DNA from: an uncultured Alphaproteobacteria bacterium
GTDB taxonomy: Bacteria > Pseudomonadota > Alphaproteobacteria > RF32 > CAG-239
DNA length: 64,000 bases
Assembly (NCBI GenBank): GCA_944393695.1
Contig: CALYAY010000002.1
Coordinates: 112,892-176,891 of the forward strand
Direction: 5' to 3'
Shown: positions 44,482-54,676 of the stretch, one piece after another
How positions within the stretch are numbered: position 1 is the first letter of the stretch
How the letters are laid out: every line of letters starts with the position of its first letter
Notes under the pieces: model-generated
What the model was told of the DNA's origin: nothing
Database searches by the model: none
What the model saw: only the letters and a program-made list of their open reading frames with translations
Made by a program: the position numbers and the translations under genes

Positions 44482-45549
44482 ATGACCGAAATAACCAAAA
44501 CAAACCGCAACTGGATGTTCTGGCTCGTCCTGTTCATTATCTTTTGCTACGCCGTTTATATTTTACGCTCGGTCATCTTGCCCTTTGTTGCCGGCATTAT
44601 CATCGGTTATCTGCTGGATCCCTGGGTGCAAAAATTCACCAAATACGGCATGAACCGCACGCTGGCCACCTCGCTTGTCCTTTTGCTGCTGATTTTGATT
44701 GTCGTACCTGCCGTTGCCCTGCTTTTAGGCGTCATCAACGAGCAGGTCGGCCGGTTTATCACCGTTGTTCCTGACTACTTGTCTGCCCTGAGCCGCAAAA
44801 TCGAACCCTGGCTCAATGACCTGCACCAAAATTTTCCCGGCCTGAATGCCGACAAGATTAAAGATTACCTTCGCGGAAATATGGCCAACAACCTGAAAGT
44901 CGTCGGCAAAATTGCTCAAAGCGTCATCACCAGCGGCTTTGCCTTGGTCAATATCATTTCCCTGATTCTAATCACTCCGGTCGTCGCCTTTTATATGCTG
45001 CGCGACTGGGACGGTTTTATTCAAAAGATTGACAGCCTCCTTCCCCGCAAATCAAAAAAATCCATCCGCCAACAGGCCAGAGAAATTGACCGGGCTCTGG
45101 CTGGTTTCATCCGCGGACAATTAAGCGTCTGTCTTTTGTTGGGAACCTTTTATTCCGCAGGTTTATACCTTGTCGGGCTGGAACTGGGAGTCCTTGTTGG
45201 ATTTCTGGCCGGCCTGATTTCCTTCATCCCTTATGTCGGCAGCATCAGCGGCTTCATCATCAGTCTGGCCATCGCCTTTGCCCAGTTTGACACTCTCGGC
45301 CCGGTTGTCCAGGTCATTGCCGTATTCATGATCGGCCAATTTCTGGAAGGCAATTTTCTCACCCCCAAACTGGTGGGAGACAGTGTCGGCCTGCATCCGG
45401 TCTGGATTATGTTTGCCCTGCTGGCTGGCGGTGTTCTCCTTGGTTTTCTCGGCCTGATGATTGCCGTCCCGGCCGCTGCCGTCATCGGTGTTCTGTTGCG
45501 CCACGCTATTGAAAACTACAAGCAAAGCAGCCTTTATCTGGAAAAATAG
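44482..45549 (+). CDS. AI-2E family transporter (PerM/YhhT-like, UPF0118)
   Basis: 355 aa with 8 TM helices and the typical AI-2E topology and motifs. Confidence 0.8.
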   Translation: MTEITKTNRNWMFWLVLFIIFCYAVYILRSVILPFVAGIIIGYLLDPWVQKFTKYGMNRTLATSLVLLLLILIVVPAVALLLGVINEQVGRFITVVPDYLSALSRKIEPWLNDLHQNFPGLNADKIKDYLRGNMANNLKVVGKIAQSVITSGFALVNIISLILITPVVAFYMLRDWDGFIQKIDSLLPRKSKKSIRQQAREIDRALAGFIRGQLSVCLLLGTFYSAGLYLVGLELGVLVGFLAGLISFIPYVGSISGFIISLAIAFAQFDTLGPVVQVIAVFMIGQFLEGNFLTPKLVGDSVGLHPVWIMFALLAGGVLLGFLGLMIAVPAAAVIGVLLRHAIENYKQSSLYLEK

Positions 45550-45553
45550 CCCT

Positions 45554-46276
45554 TCAGTTGTTTTCCTTATAAAACTTCTTGCGTTCCCGCCGGGAAAGGC
45601 TCCACAGGTTTCCCCGGCCGTTAACCGGCTGCACCTCATAACGCGAAACAAAATCAAAATCCCGGGAAAAAAACAAAGATGTTGTTTTGGTATAAACATT
45701 CATCGGGCAAAATCCGTAAAAATCCACCTGTAAAAGACCGGCTCCCCGCAAAATTGCCACTGCATTTTTATATTCCTGACTGGTATTAACTCGGTCACTG
45801 TCATCCAATATAATCAATCCGCCTTCGTTTAATCTCTCAATAGCATAACGAGCACAATCAGCCCGCCTCTTGCCGTCAATAACAATCACATCATAAACTT
45901 CACCGTCTTCCGCAACCGCCCGGTAATATTCTTCACCGTCATCCCGCTGCCTGACATCCAGATTCGGCCGGTTAAATTCCCTTTGCCACTTTTCAAACCA
46001 TTGCGGATTATCCTCAATGCTGACCACCTTCTCGGCCCTTTCTGCCCAAAACAAAGAAGAATACCCGCACCCGAACTCAAAAATCCGTTTTTGGGAATAA
46101 TCAAACTGCGACAAATATTCTATCGCCGGATATGTATACCAGGGAAGAGGCCTTCCGTCGCGATCAAGACAAACTTTTTCATCAATCGTCCGCTCAATTC
46201 CAAAATCCTTCCGCCATATTTCAATAAATGTCAAAAATTTTTCACTGCACAAAAAATTTTTCATAATATCAAACAT
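45554..46276 (-). CDS. Class I SAM-dependent methyltransferase
   Basis: ...KRIFEFGCGYSSLFWAERA... (motif I) ...YDVIVIDG... Confidence 0.7.
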   Translation of the reverse strand: MFDIMKNFLCSEKFLTFIEIWRKDFGIERTIDEKVCLDRDGRPLPWYTYPAIEYLSQFDYSQKRIFEFGCGYSSLFWAERAEKVVSIEDNPQWFEKWQREFNRPNLDVRQRDDGEEYYRAVAEDGEVYDVIVIDGKRRADCARYAIERLNEGGLIILDDSDRVNTSQEYKNAVAILRGAGLLQVDFYGFCPMNVYTKTTSLFFSRDFDFVSRYEVQPVNGRGNLWSLSRRERKKFYKENN

Positions 46277-46345
46277 TTCCTTTGAATTTAAACCATAACC
46301 GTGTTATACGTCAAAACAAAATAATTCTTATCTAAAAGCTTAAAC

Positions 46346-46645
46346 ATGTCAAAAGTTGAACTGATATTAAAAAACCCCGCAACCGAAAAATTCCGCACCG
46401 CACCGCTTGGCTTTTCCTGGACGGTTTTGTTTTTTGGCTTTTTGGTTCCTCTCTTCCGTCGCGACTGGAAGTATACGTTTATCTTTCTGCTTCTTTATAT
46501 CCTAAGTCTGGGCTGCCTTTCTCCTGTCATGGCCTGCCTTTACAATCGCTCTTACGCCCGCCGCATGTTGGCTTCGGGCTACCGTCTTTTTTACATTCGG
46601 GGAAATCTGAAATCCGACACTCTGGAAAAACTGATAGCTCAATAA
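46346..46645 (+). CDS. Small membrane protein (DUF2628-like)
   Basis: 99 aa, ...FRTAPLGFSWTVLFFGFLVPLFRRDWKY... Confidence 0.45.
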   Translation: MSKVELILKNPATEKFRTAPLGFSWTVLFFGFLVPLFRRDWKYTFIFLLLYILSLGCLSPVMACLYNRSYARRMLASGYRLFYIRGNLKSDTLEKLIAQ

Positions 46646-47685
46646 GCCCGGCTCAGTTTGGCTGAAGCCGCTGCCGCCGCCGAAGCCACCTGCATCAAGG
46701 CATAACTCACCACCTCTTCCGCCGGCATATTGGCATTGCGCGTATCCCGCTCGCATTTATACAACAACTCCAAAACCCCAAACACTCTGTCCCGGTTCCA
46801 AATACTCAGCTGTTTTTTAAATCCCGGTTCCCTGAAAAAAATAATCCTCGGCACCAGCTTTTTCACCGCACTGTCAATTCCCTCGCCGTTTTCCATAATC
46901 GCCAGACAATTTAATAACTTCATAAAATGATAAGTCAACCCGCGCACAATCATCACCGGATCAACCCCTTCGCCCAAAAGCTTTTGATAAGCCTGCAATG
47001 CCTTTTCTTTCTGCCCGCCGGCCGCAGCATAGCAAACATCCTCCGTATCCGAAGACGACGTATCGCTGATAACCAGAAGCACATCCTCCGGCGTCACATT
47101 TTTCCGCTCCCCCAGATAGGTTACCAGCTTGTCAATTTCGCTCAGATTACTTTTTCTGTCGCTTGACAACCGGGCACACAACAACTGCAAAGCCTCATTC
47201 CCAGCACTGATTCCGTTTTCCGCCAATGCCGTCCGCACGGTAGAAAAAACATCCTCGTCCCGGTCTTCATAACAGGCAACAACCCCCAGATAATCCGTCT
47301 CCTCACCCAACTTGACCAGCGATGACTTTTTATTCAACCCGGAAGAATAAGCCACAATCAGCGTATCCGACTTGGTATCTTCAAACAATTGTTTAAACTG
47401 CTTGGTCAGATTGTTATCCGCATCTTTAATAACGATCACCCGGCGCCCGCCCATTAACGACTGAGCATTAAATTCACCGGCCAAAAGCCCCGGATCCGCA
47501 TTCACCGCTTCTCCGGTCAGATACACCACCTGAAACGGATCATAAATATCTGGAGAAATTGCCGCTGTCAGCTTCTTCACATATTCCGACATCAACCCTT
47601 CGTTTGAACCGTAGATAATCCAGGCCCTGACGCTGTTGTCCGGCTTTTTGATATATTTTTCCAGCTGAGCCGCCTTATAAATCAC
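46639..47685 (-). CDS. holA: DNA polymerase III subunit delta
   Basis: 348 aa, ...AWIIYGSNEGLMSEYVKKL... Conserved leuS-lptE-holA order. Confidence 0.8.
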   Translation of the reverse strand: MIYKAAQLEKYIKKPDNSVRAWIIYGSNEGLMSEYVKKLTAAISPDIYDPFQVVYLTGEAVNADPGLLAGEFNAQSLMGGRRVIVIKDADNNLTKQFKQLFEDTKSDTLIVAYSSGLNKKSSLVKLGEETDYLGVVACYEDRDEDVFSTVRTALAENGISAGNEALQLLCARLSSDRKSNLSEIDKLVTYLGERKNVTPEDVLLVISDTSSSDTEDVCYAAAGGQKEKALQAYQKLLGEGVDPVMIVRGLTYHFMKLLNCLAIMENGEGIDSAVKKLVPRIIFFREPGFKKQLSIWNRDRVFGVLELLYKCERDTRNANMPAEEVVSYALMQVASAAAAASAKLSRAY

Positions 47686-48220
47686 TGTCCGGCCCCTGCT
47701 TTGTTATACGGGAATGAAAATAAGCTCCGACCCCGAGAGAAATATCATTGGCAATAATCTGCGCGGCATTTTTTTCTGCTTTCTGCTCGGCAATCGTGGT
47801 TGAATAAGGATTTTTCAAAATATCATAGCTGACATAGGCCACACTGTTGTTTTTAAACAACTGCTTGTTGCCTTCCTTCAGATAATAATCCACCTTAAAC
47901 ACAATCATCTCACGCGTTGCCGTAATATCCTCACGCAAAGCCTGCTCATACACATTCCGGCTTTTCAGCTCAACATACAAACGATACTTTGGTTTTGACG
48001 GAGCTCCGAGCGGTGTCAGCAAATCCAGCAGCTTATTCCGCAGCAACTGTCCGAAACGGTCTCCGATAGGTTCGATTTTAACCTTCGCCATTTCGTCGGA
48101 AATAGACGTATCATATGTTCCGCCGAAAAATCCCTGACCGCTTTCCTTCTGGGCATACAGAGGCGAAAAGCCGCAGCTTCCGATCAAAAAACACATCAAA
48201 ACCAAAACCAGCTTTTTCAT
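47675..48220 (-). CDS. lptE: LPS-assembly lipoprotein LptE
   Basis: From the internal ATG: MKKLVLVLMCFLIGSCGF, a lipobox. It lies between leuS and holA, the canonical LptE position. The track ORF extends upstream into leuS from an alternative start. Confidence 0.7.
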   Translation of the reverse strand: MKKLVLVLMCFLIGSCGFSPLYAQKESGQGFFGGTYDTSISDEMAKVKIEPIGDRFGQLLRNKLLDLLTPLGAPSKPKYRLYVELKSRNVYEQALREDITATREMIVFKVDYYLKEGNKQLFKNNSVAYVSYDILKNPYSTTIAEQKAEKNAAQIIANDISLGVGAYFHSRITKQGPDSDL

Positions 48221-48236
48221 TGGCTTTCCTCTGAAA

Positions 48237-50720
48237 TTATGCCGCCACGATATTAACAATTTTATTCGGCACGACAATAACCTTCTTAATCTCGCGACCC
48301 TCCGTCTGACGTTTGATATTTTCCAGCGACAACGCAGCCTTCTCCACATCTTCACGGGCAGCGTCTTTGGGCATTTCAATCGTCCCGCGCATTTTTCCGC
48401 ACAGCTGAACCGCAATCGTGACCACGCTGTCTTCGGCCAGATTCTGGTCAAACTGCGGCCACAAAGCCGTAACTGCCAGTTCTTCATGCCCCATACGCGC
48501 CCACATTTCCTCGCACAAATGCGGTGTAAACGGACACAACAGTCTTATCAGTGTTTCATAAAGTTCCGCCGCAATTTTTTCTTTATCGGACAGATAGTTC
48601 ACATAAGTCATCAAAGATGAAACTGCCGTATTAAATTTCATCTGATCAATGCGCTCCGTAACCTCTTTAATGCACTTATGCATTGCCCGCAAATCTTTTT
48701 CCAAAGCTTTTTCCGTCTCCGAAACTTTCTTAAACAGACCGTAAACTTTATTAACAAAGCGGTAAACGCCCATCAGACTTTCCTCAGACCACATGGCCAC
48801 CTGGTCAAACGGCCCGATAAACATCTCATACAGCCGGAAAGTATCCGCCCCGTAACTGTCGACAATATCATCGGGATTAATGACATTACCCCGCGATTTT
48901 GACATTTTTTCTCCGTTGGAAGCCAGAATCATCCCATGCGACGTCCGGCGCCGATAAGGTTCCTTGGTCGGCACATAACCGCAGTCATACAAAAATTTAT
49001 GCCAAAAACGCGAATACAGCAAATGCAGTGTTGTATGTTCCATACCGCCGTTATACCAGTCAACCGGCATCCAGTATTCCAAAGCTTCTTTTGAGGCAAA
49101 CTCCTTATCGTTATGCGGATCACAATATCTCAGAAAATACCACGAAGACCCGGCCCAGTTAGGCATGGTATCGGTTTCCCGCCGGGCTTTGCCGCCGCAT
49201 TTCGGACAAGTCGTCTCCAACCAGGCCCCTGCCTTTGACAAAGGCGATTCTCCTTCGTCATTGGGATGATAATCCGGCACTTCCGGCAAAGTCAGCGGCA
49301 GTTCGGATTCGGGAATGGGCTGCCAACCGCAATGCTCGCAGTAAACCATCGGTATCGGCTCTCCCCAATAGCGCTGACGAGAGAACACCCAGTCACGCAG
49401 TTTATAATTAACCTTTGAATTGCCGAAACCACTTTTCCGGGCATACTCAATCGCCGCCTTAATACCGTCTTCCTTGTTCATCCCGTTCAGAAAACCGGAA
49501 TTCATATGCGCTCCGTCTTCTTCCCAGGCTTTCTCGGAAATATCTCCGCCTTCCAACACCTGAATAATCGGCAGATTAAACTTTCTGGCAAAATCATAGT
49601 CTCGCTGATCATGAGCCGGCACCGCCATAATCGCCCCGGTTCCGTATCCGGTCAGCACATAATCGGAAATAAACACCGGAATAAGCTCGTTGTTAAAAGG
49701 ATTCTTTGCCTTTATTCCTTTCAGCTCGACACCGGTTTTGCTGTCATCTGCCGTCCGCTGCAAATCAGATTTTTTAGCTGTTTCTTCAACATAAGCCTGA
49801 ACCTCATCCGGATTCTCAAAACGGCTCATCAACTCCTTGACATACTGGTGTTCCGGCGCCATCACCATATATGTCACGCCGAATGCCGTATCCGGCCGGG
49901 TGGTAAACACTTTCAGCTTTTTCCCGTCCAGGACCTTTCCGTCATTGTCGGTCAGTTCAAAATCCAGCTCGGCACCTTCCGAACGCCCGATCCAGTTAAT
50001 CTGCTGAGACTTCACCCGCTCGATAAAATCCAGATCATCCAAATCATCAATCAGCCTGTCGGCATATTTGGTAATGGCCACCATCCACTGTTCTTTGTTT
50101 TTGCGTACAACCTGCGCCCCGCAGCGTTCGCAGCAACCGTTGACCACTTCTTCATTAGCCAGTCCGACCTTACATGACGGACACCAGTTAATCGCAATTT
50201 TGTCTTTATAAGCCAAACCTTTCTTAAACAGCTGGATAAACATCCACTGCGTCCATTTGTAATACTCGGGATCACAGGTTGAAATACATCTGTCCCAATC
50301 AAAGCTAAAACCCAAAGACTTCAGCTGCCGGGTAAAATTCGCAATATTGGCTTTAGTCGACACCGCCGGATGCACCCCTGTCTTAATGGCATAATTCTCT
50401 GCCGGCAGCCCGAATGCGTCAAAACCCATCGGATACAAAACATTAAAACCCTGCATTCTCTTCTTACGCGCAATCACATCCAGCGCCGTATAAGACCGCG
50501 GATGTCCCACATGCAGCCCCGCCCCCGAAGGATACGGAAATTCCACCAGCGCATAAAACTTTTCTTTGCTCTTATCAATCTCTACTTTATAAGCTTTTTC
50601 TTCATCCCAGATTTTCTGCCACTTGCTTTCAATCGTCCTGAAATTATAGCGGTCTTCCAATTGCCATTCTTTCTTCCATTCTTCAAACGATTCTTTCCCG
50701 TTATATCTGTCTTTGTTCAT
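48237..50720 (-). CDS. leuS: Leucine--tRNA ligase
   Basis: 827 aa with the HVGH-like P..GAGLHVGHPRSYT and KMSKS motifs. Confidence 0.95.
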   Translation of the reverse strand: MNKDRYNGKESFEEWKKEWQLEDRYNFRTIESKWQKIWDEEKAYKVEIDKSKEKFYALVEFPYPSGAGLHVGHPRSYTALDVIARKKRMQGFNVLYPMGFDAFGLPAENYAIKTGVHPAVSTKANIANFTRQLKSLGFSFDWDRCISTCDPEYYKWTQWMFIQLFKKGLAYKDKIAINWCPSCKVGLANEEVVNGCCERCGAQVVRKNKEQWMVAITKYADRLIDDLDDLDFIERVKSQQINWIGRSEGAELDFELTDNDGKVLDGKKLKVFTTRPDTAFGVTYMVMAPEHQYVKELMSRFENPDEVQAYVEETAKKSDLQRTADDSKTGVELKGIKAKNPFNNELIPVFISDYVLTGYGTGAIMAVPAHDQRDYDFARKFNLPIIQVLEGGDISEKAWEEDGAHMNSGFLNGMNKEDGIKAAIEYARKSGFGNSKVNYKLRDWVFSRQRYWGEPIPMVYCEHCGWQPIPESELPLTLPEVPDYHPNDEGESPLSKAGAWLETTCPKCGGKARRETDTMPNWAGSSWYFLRYCDPHNDKEFASKEALEYWMPVDWYNGGMEHTTLHLLYSRFWHKFLYDCGYVPTKEPYRRRTSHGMILASNGEKMSKSRGNVINPDDIVDSYGADTFRLYEMFIGPFDQVAMWSEESLMGVYRFVNKVYGLFKKVSETEKALEKDLRAMHKCIKEVTERIDQMKFNTAVSSLMTYVNYLSDKEKIAAELYETLIRLLCPFTPHLCEEMWARMGHEELAVTALWPQFDQNLAEDSVVTIAVQLCGKMRGTIEMPKDAAREDVEKAALSLENIKRQTEGREIKKVIVVPNKIVNIVAA

Positions 50721-50740
50721 TTTCTTCTGTTCCTTAAAAT

Positions 50741-51223
50741 TTATCTTGCAGCCACATCATTGTAATATAATTGTTTGGCCCGGATTAAAATATTCTTTTC
50801 CAATTCATCGGACAAATGCCCGTCTGCCTCGTCATCAATCCACAAACCATTTTTAAGCACCCGGCGGTAAACTTCGGCTTTAACGCTGTCCGCCCTCAGA
50901 TCCTGGGTATAAATATTAACCACCACCTTAAACTGCTCATTATGGCTCATTGTTTTCCATTCGGTCACAATAACCCCGCCCTGGGCATCGGTTGAAGCCA
51001 GCGGCATAAACGCCAGAGAATCAAGCGAAGCCTGCCACAAATACGGATTGACACCCGGCCGGACATCCTTTTCCTCATCTGCCTTTTCCTCACTCACCGG
51101 AAGAGATGCCGCCTGCAGACTCTCTCCTTCATCGGAAACATCTCCCGTCCACACGCTTTTCAGAACCGAACAACCGCTCAGCAGCACCAATACCGCAACA
51201 GCCCAAACAATATGCTTTTTCAT
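50741..51223 (-). CDS. DUF3576-like lipoprotein
   Basis: MKKHIVWAVAVLVLLSGCS, a lipobox. It sits upstream of leuS, as is common in alphaproteobacteria. Confidence 0.55.
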   Translation of the reverse strand: MKKHIVWAVAVLVLLSGCSVLKSVWTGDVSDEGESLQAASLPVSEEKADEEKDVRPGVNPYLWQASLDSLAFMPLASTDAQGGVIVTEWKTMSHNEQFKVVVNIYTQDLRADSVKAEVYRRVLKNGLWIDDEADGHLSDELEKNILIRAKQLYYNDVAAR

Positions 51224-51356
51224 TGCTTTATTTTTCCTCTTGCTTAATTTTTTGCCCATTATAAAAAGTATTTCCGCAAAAAACAAGTCACTTTAACTTG
51301 TAATTAACGCCAAAAGCATTAAACTGAACTCCGAAACCATCATTAACGGAAACACC

Positions 51357-52625
51357 ATGCCCGACATACGCACTCATGCAGCAAATCTCTATCAAAAAAG
51401 CCTCTCGGAGAAAAAATTCTTTGAAATTGAATCTTCCGGACAAACCGCTTATTTAAACATGCTGTTGCTGACTGCTGCCCGCAATCGTGTTTTCATTGAA
51501 ACGATTCTCCGGCAATTCATCCGCCGTCCCGTTCCCCGGAAAAACATTTTTGCCTTCTATGCTCTGCTTCTGGGAAGCACCGAACTTCTGTTTATGAACA
51601 CTCCGCCTCATGCCGCCATCAACGGCTGGGTTGAAGCGGTCAAAAAACAATGTGACAAATTCCTCGGAGGCATGGTCAATGCCGTTTTACGCCGCATTTC
51701 CGAAAACCGCAGTGATTTGCTCCAACAACCCCGCCGTTTCTTTCCCGCCGAATTTCTCAAAATCCTGCGGCAAGACTACACCCCCGAACAAATTGCCGCC
51801 ATGGAACAGGCATGTTTTTCCGAACCGCCTCTGGCCGTGAGCGTAAAAGAAGCTCCCGAAATCTGGGCTCAAAAGCTGAACGGACAGCCGTTATCCAACA
51901 ACACCCTCACCATTCCCGCCGCCGGCCCGGTTCCTTCCCTCCCCGGCTACAAGGAAGGAGCCTGGTGGGTACAGGATTTTGCCGCTTCCCTGGGCGTCAC
52001 CGCCCTTGTCCCCTGCCCCGGTCAAAAGATTCTCGACCTCTGTGCCGCCCCCGGTGGAAAAACGGCTCAGCTTCTCAATGCCCGAGCCGCTGTTACCGCG
52101 CTTGACTGCTCACAGGAACGCCTGCAAACCCTGCGTCAAAACCTGACCCGGCTGCAATTTCCTCTTCCCGAAATCATCTGTGCCGACGCACGCGAATGGC
52201 TGCAATCCGCCCCCAAAGAAAGTTTTGACGCTGTCCTGCTGGATGCACCTTGTTCCGCTACCGGAATCTTCCGGCGTCACCCGGAGATTCTCGCTTTCAA
52301 AACACTAAACGATGTCCGGCGTCAGACTGAACTGCAGCAACAGATTCTCACCGCCGCCGCTCCCGTTATAAAACACGGCGGCACCCTGATTTACTGCGTT
52401 TGCTCAATTGCCAAAGACGAAGGTGAAAAACAAATCACCCGTTTTCTTAAGGCCCATCCGGAATTCTGCATCTCCCCCCTGACCGAACGCGAAATCAACA
52501 GTTTTCACGACGGCCGCCTCTCCTCTCTGCTCACCGCCGAAGGCTTCATCCGCACTCTGCCGTCCATGCTGCCGGAATTCGGCGGCGTCGATTCGTTTTT
52601 CATTGCCCGTTTGCAAAAGGCCTGA
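51357..52625 (+). CDS. rsmB: 16S rRNA (cytosine-C5)-methyltransferase RsmB/Sun family
   Basis: ...ILDLCAAPGGKTAQL... ...DAPCSATG... ...LIYCVCS... Confidence 0.85.
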   Translation: MPDIRTHAANLYQKSLSEKKFFEIESSGQTAYLNMLLLTAARNRVFIETILRQFIRRPVPRKNIFAFYALLLGSTELLFMNTPPHAAINGWVEAVKKQCDKFLGGMVNAVLRRISENRSDLLQQPRRFFPAEFLKILRQDYTPEQIAAMEQACFSEPPLAVSVKEAPEIWAQKLNGQPLSNNTLTIPAAGPVPSLPGYKEGAWWVQDFAASLGVTALVPCPGQKILDLCAAPGGKTAQLLNARAAVTALDCSQERLQTLRQNLTRLQFPLPEIICADAREWLQSAPKESFDAVLLDAPCSATGIFRRHPEILAFKTLNDVRRQTELQQQILTAAAPVIKHGGTLIYCVCSIAKDEGEKQITRFLKAHPEFCISPLTEREINSFHDGRLSSLLTAEGFIRTLPSMLPEFGGVDSFFIARLQKA

Positions 52626-52627
52626 TC

Positions 52628-53551
52628 ATGACAAATTCTCAGCAGACAAATTTTCAGTCCCCCGTTTACATCTTAGGCACCAATGCTGTCGGCTGCTACC
52701 TTGCGGCAAAGCTCCAAGACGCCGGAGAACGCGTCGTCATCATCGGCTCTGCAGACAAAAACAATTCTCTTTTTTCCAACGGCATAACCGTCAAAGAAGA
52801 TTTTTCCCTCCGGAAAAAACACTATACTTTTGAAACTGCCGTTTGGACCAGAGAGGAAGGAAAAGCTCTCCTCATCACTGCCGCCCCGGCCGAAATACAC
52901 TCCGCACTCATCCGCATCATGCCGCACAAAATCACCGCCGCTCCGGTCATCTGTTTCACTTTGTTAAAAAACATCGGCATTTTGCGCGATATTCTGGGCA
53001 CCGGTATTTTTCAGGCCGTTTTTTCCGGCTGGCCGGCTGCATCTGACCGGTTGGTCTCCGTTCTCGGAGAAAAACCGGAAATAATCGTTTATTCCCCGAC
53101 AGATGCCTCTCAACGCAAAAACATTTCAAACCTTTTCAAACCGGCAAACCTCTCTTTCCGCTTTGCCAAGGAAGAAGACCAGACTTTCTGGGAATATTTC
53201 GGCATTTATGCCGTTTGCTCGCTCATCACCGCCGCCCACAACAAAACCCTTGTTCAAATCATCAAAAACCGTCAGCTATACTCCCTGCTTGAAGACCTGG
53301 CGGCCGAAATATCAAAACTCGCCTCCGGCCCGAAGTTTTCATTAACGACAGACACCGTCCTGAACAAAATCAACAACATTCCCTCCGGTTATGTTTTTCC
53401 GCTCCAGACCGAACTGCACTTCGGCCGCCGCGGCGATTTTGAAGTCATCAGCTCGGTTTTAAGCTCCGCCGCCCGCAGCAAAGGAATTAAGACCCCGGCC
53501 ATAGACAGCCTGATCGAACGCATCTGCAGCATATATCTTAGTATAACATAA
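52628..53551 (+). CDS. Ketopantoate reductase (ApbA/PanE) family protein
   Basis: N-terminal Rossmann YILGTNAVGCYLAAKL plus family-like architecture. Divergent. Confidence 0.55.
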   Translation: MTNSQQTNFQSPVYILGTNAVGCYLAAKLQDAGERVVIIGSADKNNSLFSNGITVKEDFSLRKKHYTFETAVWTREEGKALLITAAPAEIHSALIRIMPHKITAAPVICFTLLKNIGILRDILGTGIFQAVFSGWPAASDRLVSVLGEKPEIIVYSPTDASQRKNISNLFKPANLSFRFAKEEDQTFWEYFGIYAVCSLITAAHNKTLVQIIKNRQLYSLLEDLAAEISKLASGPKFSLTTDTVLNKINNIPSGYVFPLQTELHFGRRGDFEVISSVLSSAARSKGIKTPAIDSLIERICSIYLSIT

Positions 53552-53560
53552 TTCAAAAGG

Positions 53561-54673
53561 TTGAAGTCCTTTTCAAAATATTATACATTACAGCCAACGG
53601 ATTATTTCAGAATCAGGGCCGCCATGGAAAAAATTTTAATCATAAACATTGCCGTTTTCTGCGCTTGTTTTTTATTTTGTTTCAGTGGACTGAAATTCCT
53701 TCTGTTGCGGAGAAAAAAGCAGGCTTTCTTCCCTTTGTGGCTTTCTCTGGGCATTGCCCTGCCGCTCTTAAGCGTTATCATCCCCTCCCGCGCTGACTTT
53801 ATCGGCACGCTTTCTTTTTACGAAACCTCGGCTGTTGTCATATTATCGGGCATCTGCTTCTTGCTCGTTGCGAAGCTGCCGGCAGCACTGTCCTTTTTAA
53901 TAATTCTGATTTGTGCCGAAACCGGAAGCCTGTTTCTTCCTGCCGGAATATTTTTCTTTTCACCCGAACTCCCCTTCTGGGCCGACCGCGGCCTGCTCAT
54001 TTTAAGCTGGAGTCTTTTTGCCTTTTGCTTCCAATATTTGCGGGTCATTGACGGCATTTTCGGTCTTCAGGGACTGACCTCGGCAATCGGTATCACCTTA
54101 CTGTCGCTCATCGGCGCCGCTCCTGCTCTGCTGGGATACATGAGCATGTCCTTATTCGCCGTTTTCTGTGCCTGGCAGCCGTTTAATGCTTTCCCTGCCA
54201 AATTGCATATGCCGCGCGCCGGCAGCATTTCCCTGGGTTTTCTTCTCGCCTGGCTGATCGTCAAATCCTCTGCCGAAGGAGCCGCCCCCTGCAATCTGTG
54301 CTTCAATATGTTTTATTTCTACCAGATAGTTTTCGGACTGCTGAAAATGTTCTCGCTCAACCGCCGCAACCGCAGCCTGGCGCACAACACCGACTATTAC
54401 CGGGTGTTCGTCAGCGGCCTGTCTCAGCAAAACATTTGCCGGGCAGTCGGCAAACTGATGATTCTGTTGTTGATTTTTGGCTGTTTTGCCGCTTATTCGC
54501 CCAAGTTTTATGCTCTTCCGGCCCTGTCTCTGCTAACCTGTTTCTGGTTTGCCAACCGGCTGCAAAACTGGAGAGAAAACATTCCGACCTTTGCCGAAAT
54601 CAATCAAGACATGGTCAACACCTTCAAAAACAACGTCAATGATATAAAAAACGGACTAAACAGGGACAATTGA
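53561..54673 (+). CDS. Glycosyltransferase family 4 (MraY/WecA-like) polytopic membrane protein, catalytically degenerate
   Basis: RVIDGIFGLQGL aligns with NxxDGIDGL, and HMPRAGSISLGF aligns with MGDAGSxxLGF. The second Asp, the GDAGS Asp and an N-terminal DDxxD motif are missing. Confidence 0.55.
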   Translation: MKSFSKYYTLQPTDYFRIRAAMEKILIINIAVFCACFLFCFSGLKFLLLRRKKQAFFPLWLSLGIALPLLSVIIPSRADFIGTLSFYETSAVVILSGICFLLVAKLPAALSFLIILICAETGSLFLPAGIFFFSPELPFWADRGLLILSWSLFAFCFQYLRVIDGIFGLQGLTSAIGITLLSLIGAAPALLGYMSMSLFAVFCAWQPFNAFPAKLHMPRAGSISLGFLLAWLIVKSSAEGAAPCNLCFNMFYFYQIVFGLLKMFSLNRRNRSLAHNTDYYRVFVSGLSQQNICRAVGKLMILLLIFGCFAAYSPKFYALPALSLLTCFWFANRLQNWRENIPTFAEINQDMVNTFKNNVNDIKNGLNRDN

Positions 54674-54676
54674 CGC

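Noticed and set aside
45163-45699. Minus-strand 178-aa ORF overlapping the AI-2E transporter and the methyltransferase start
   Set aside because: It overlaps two better-supported genes and has no motif.
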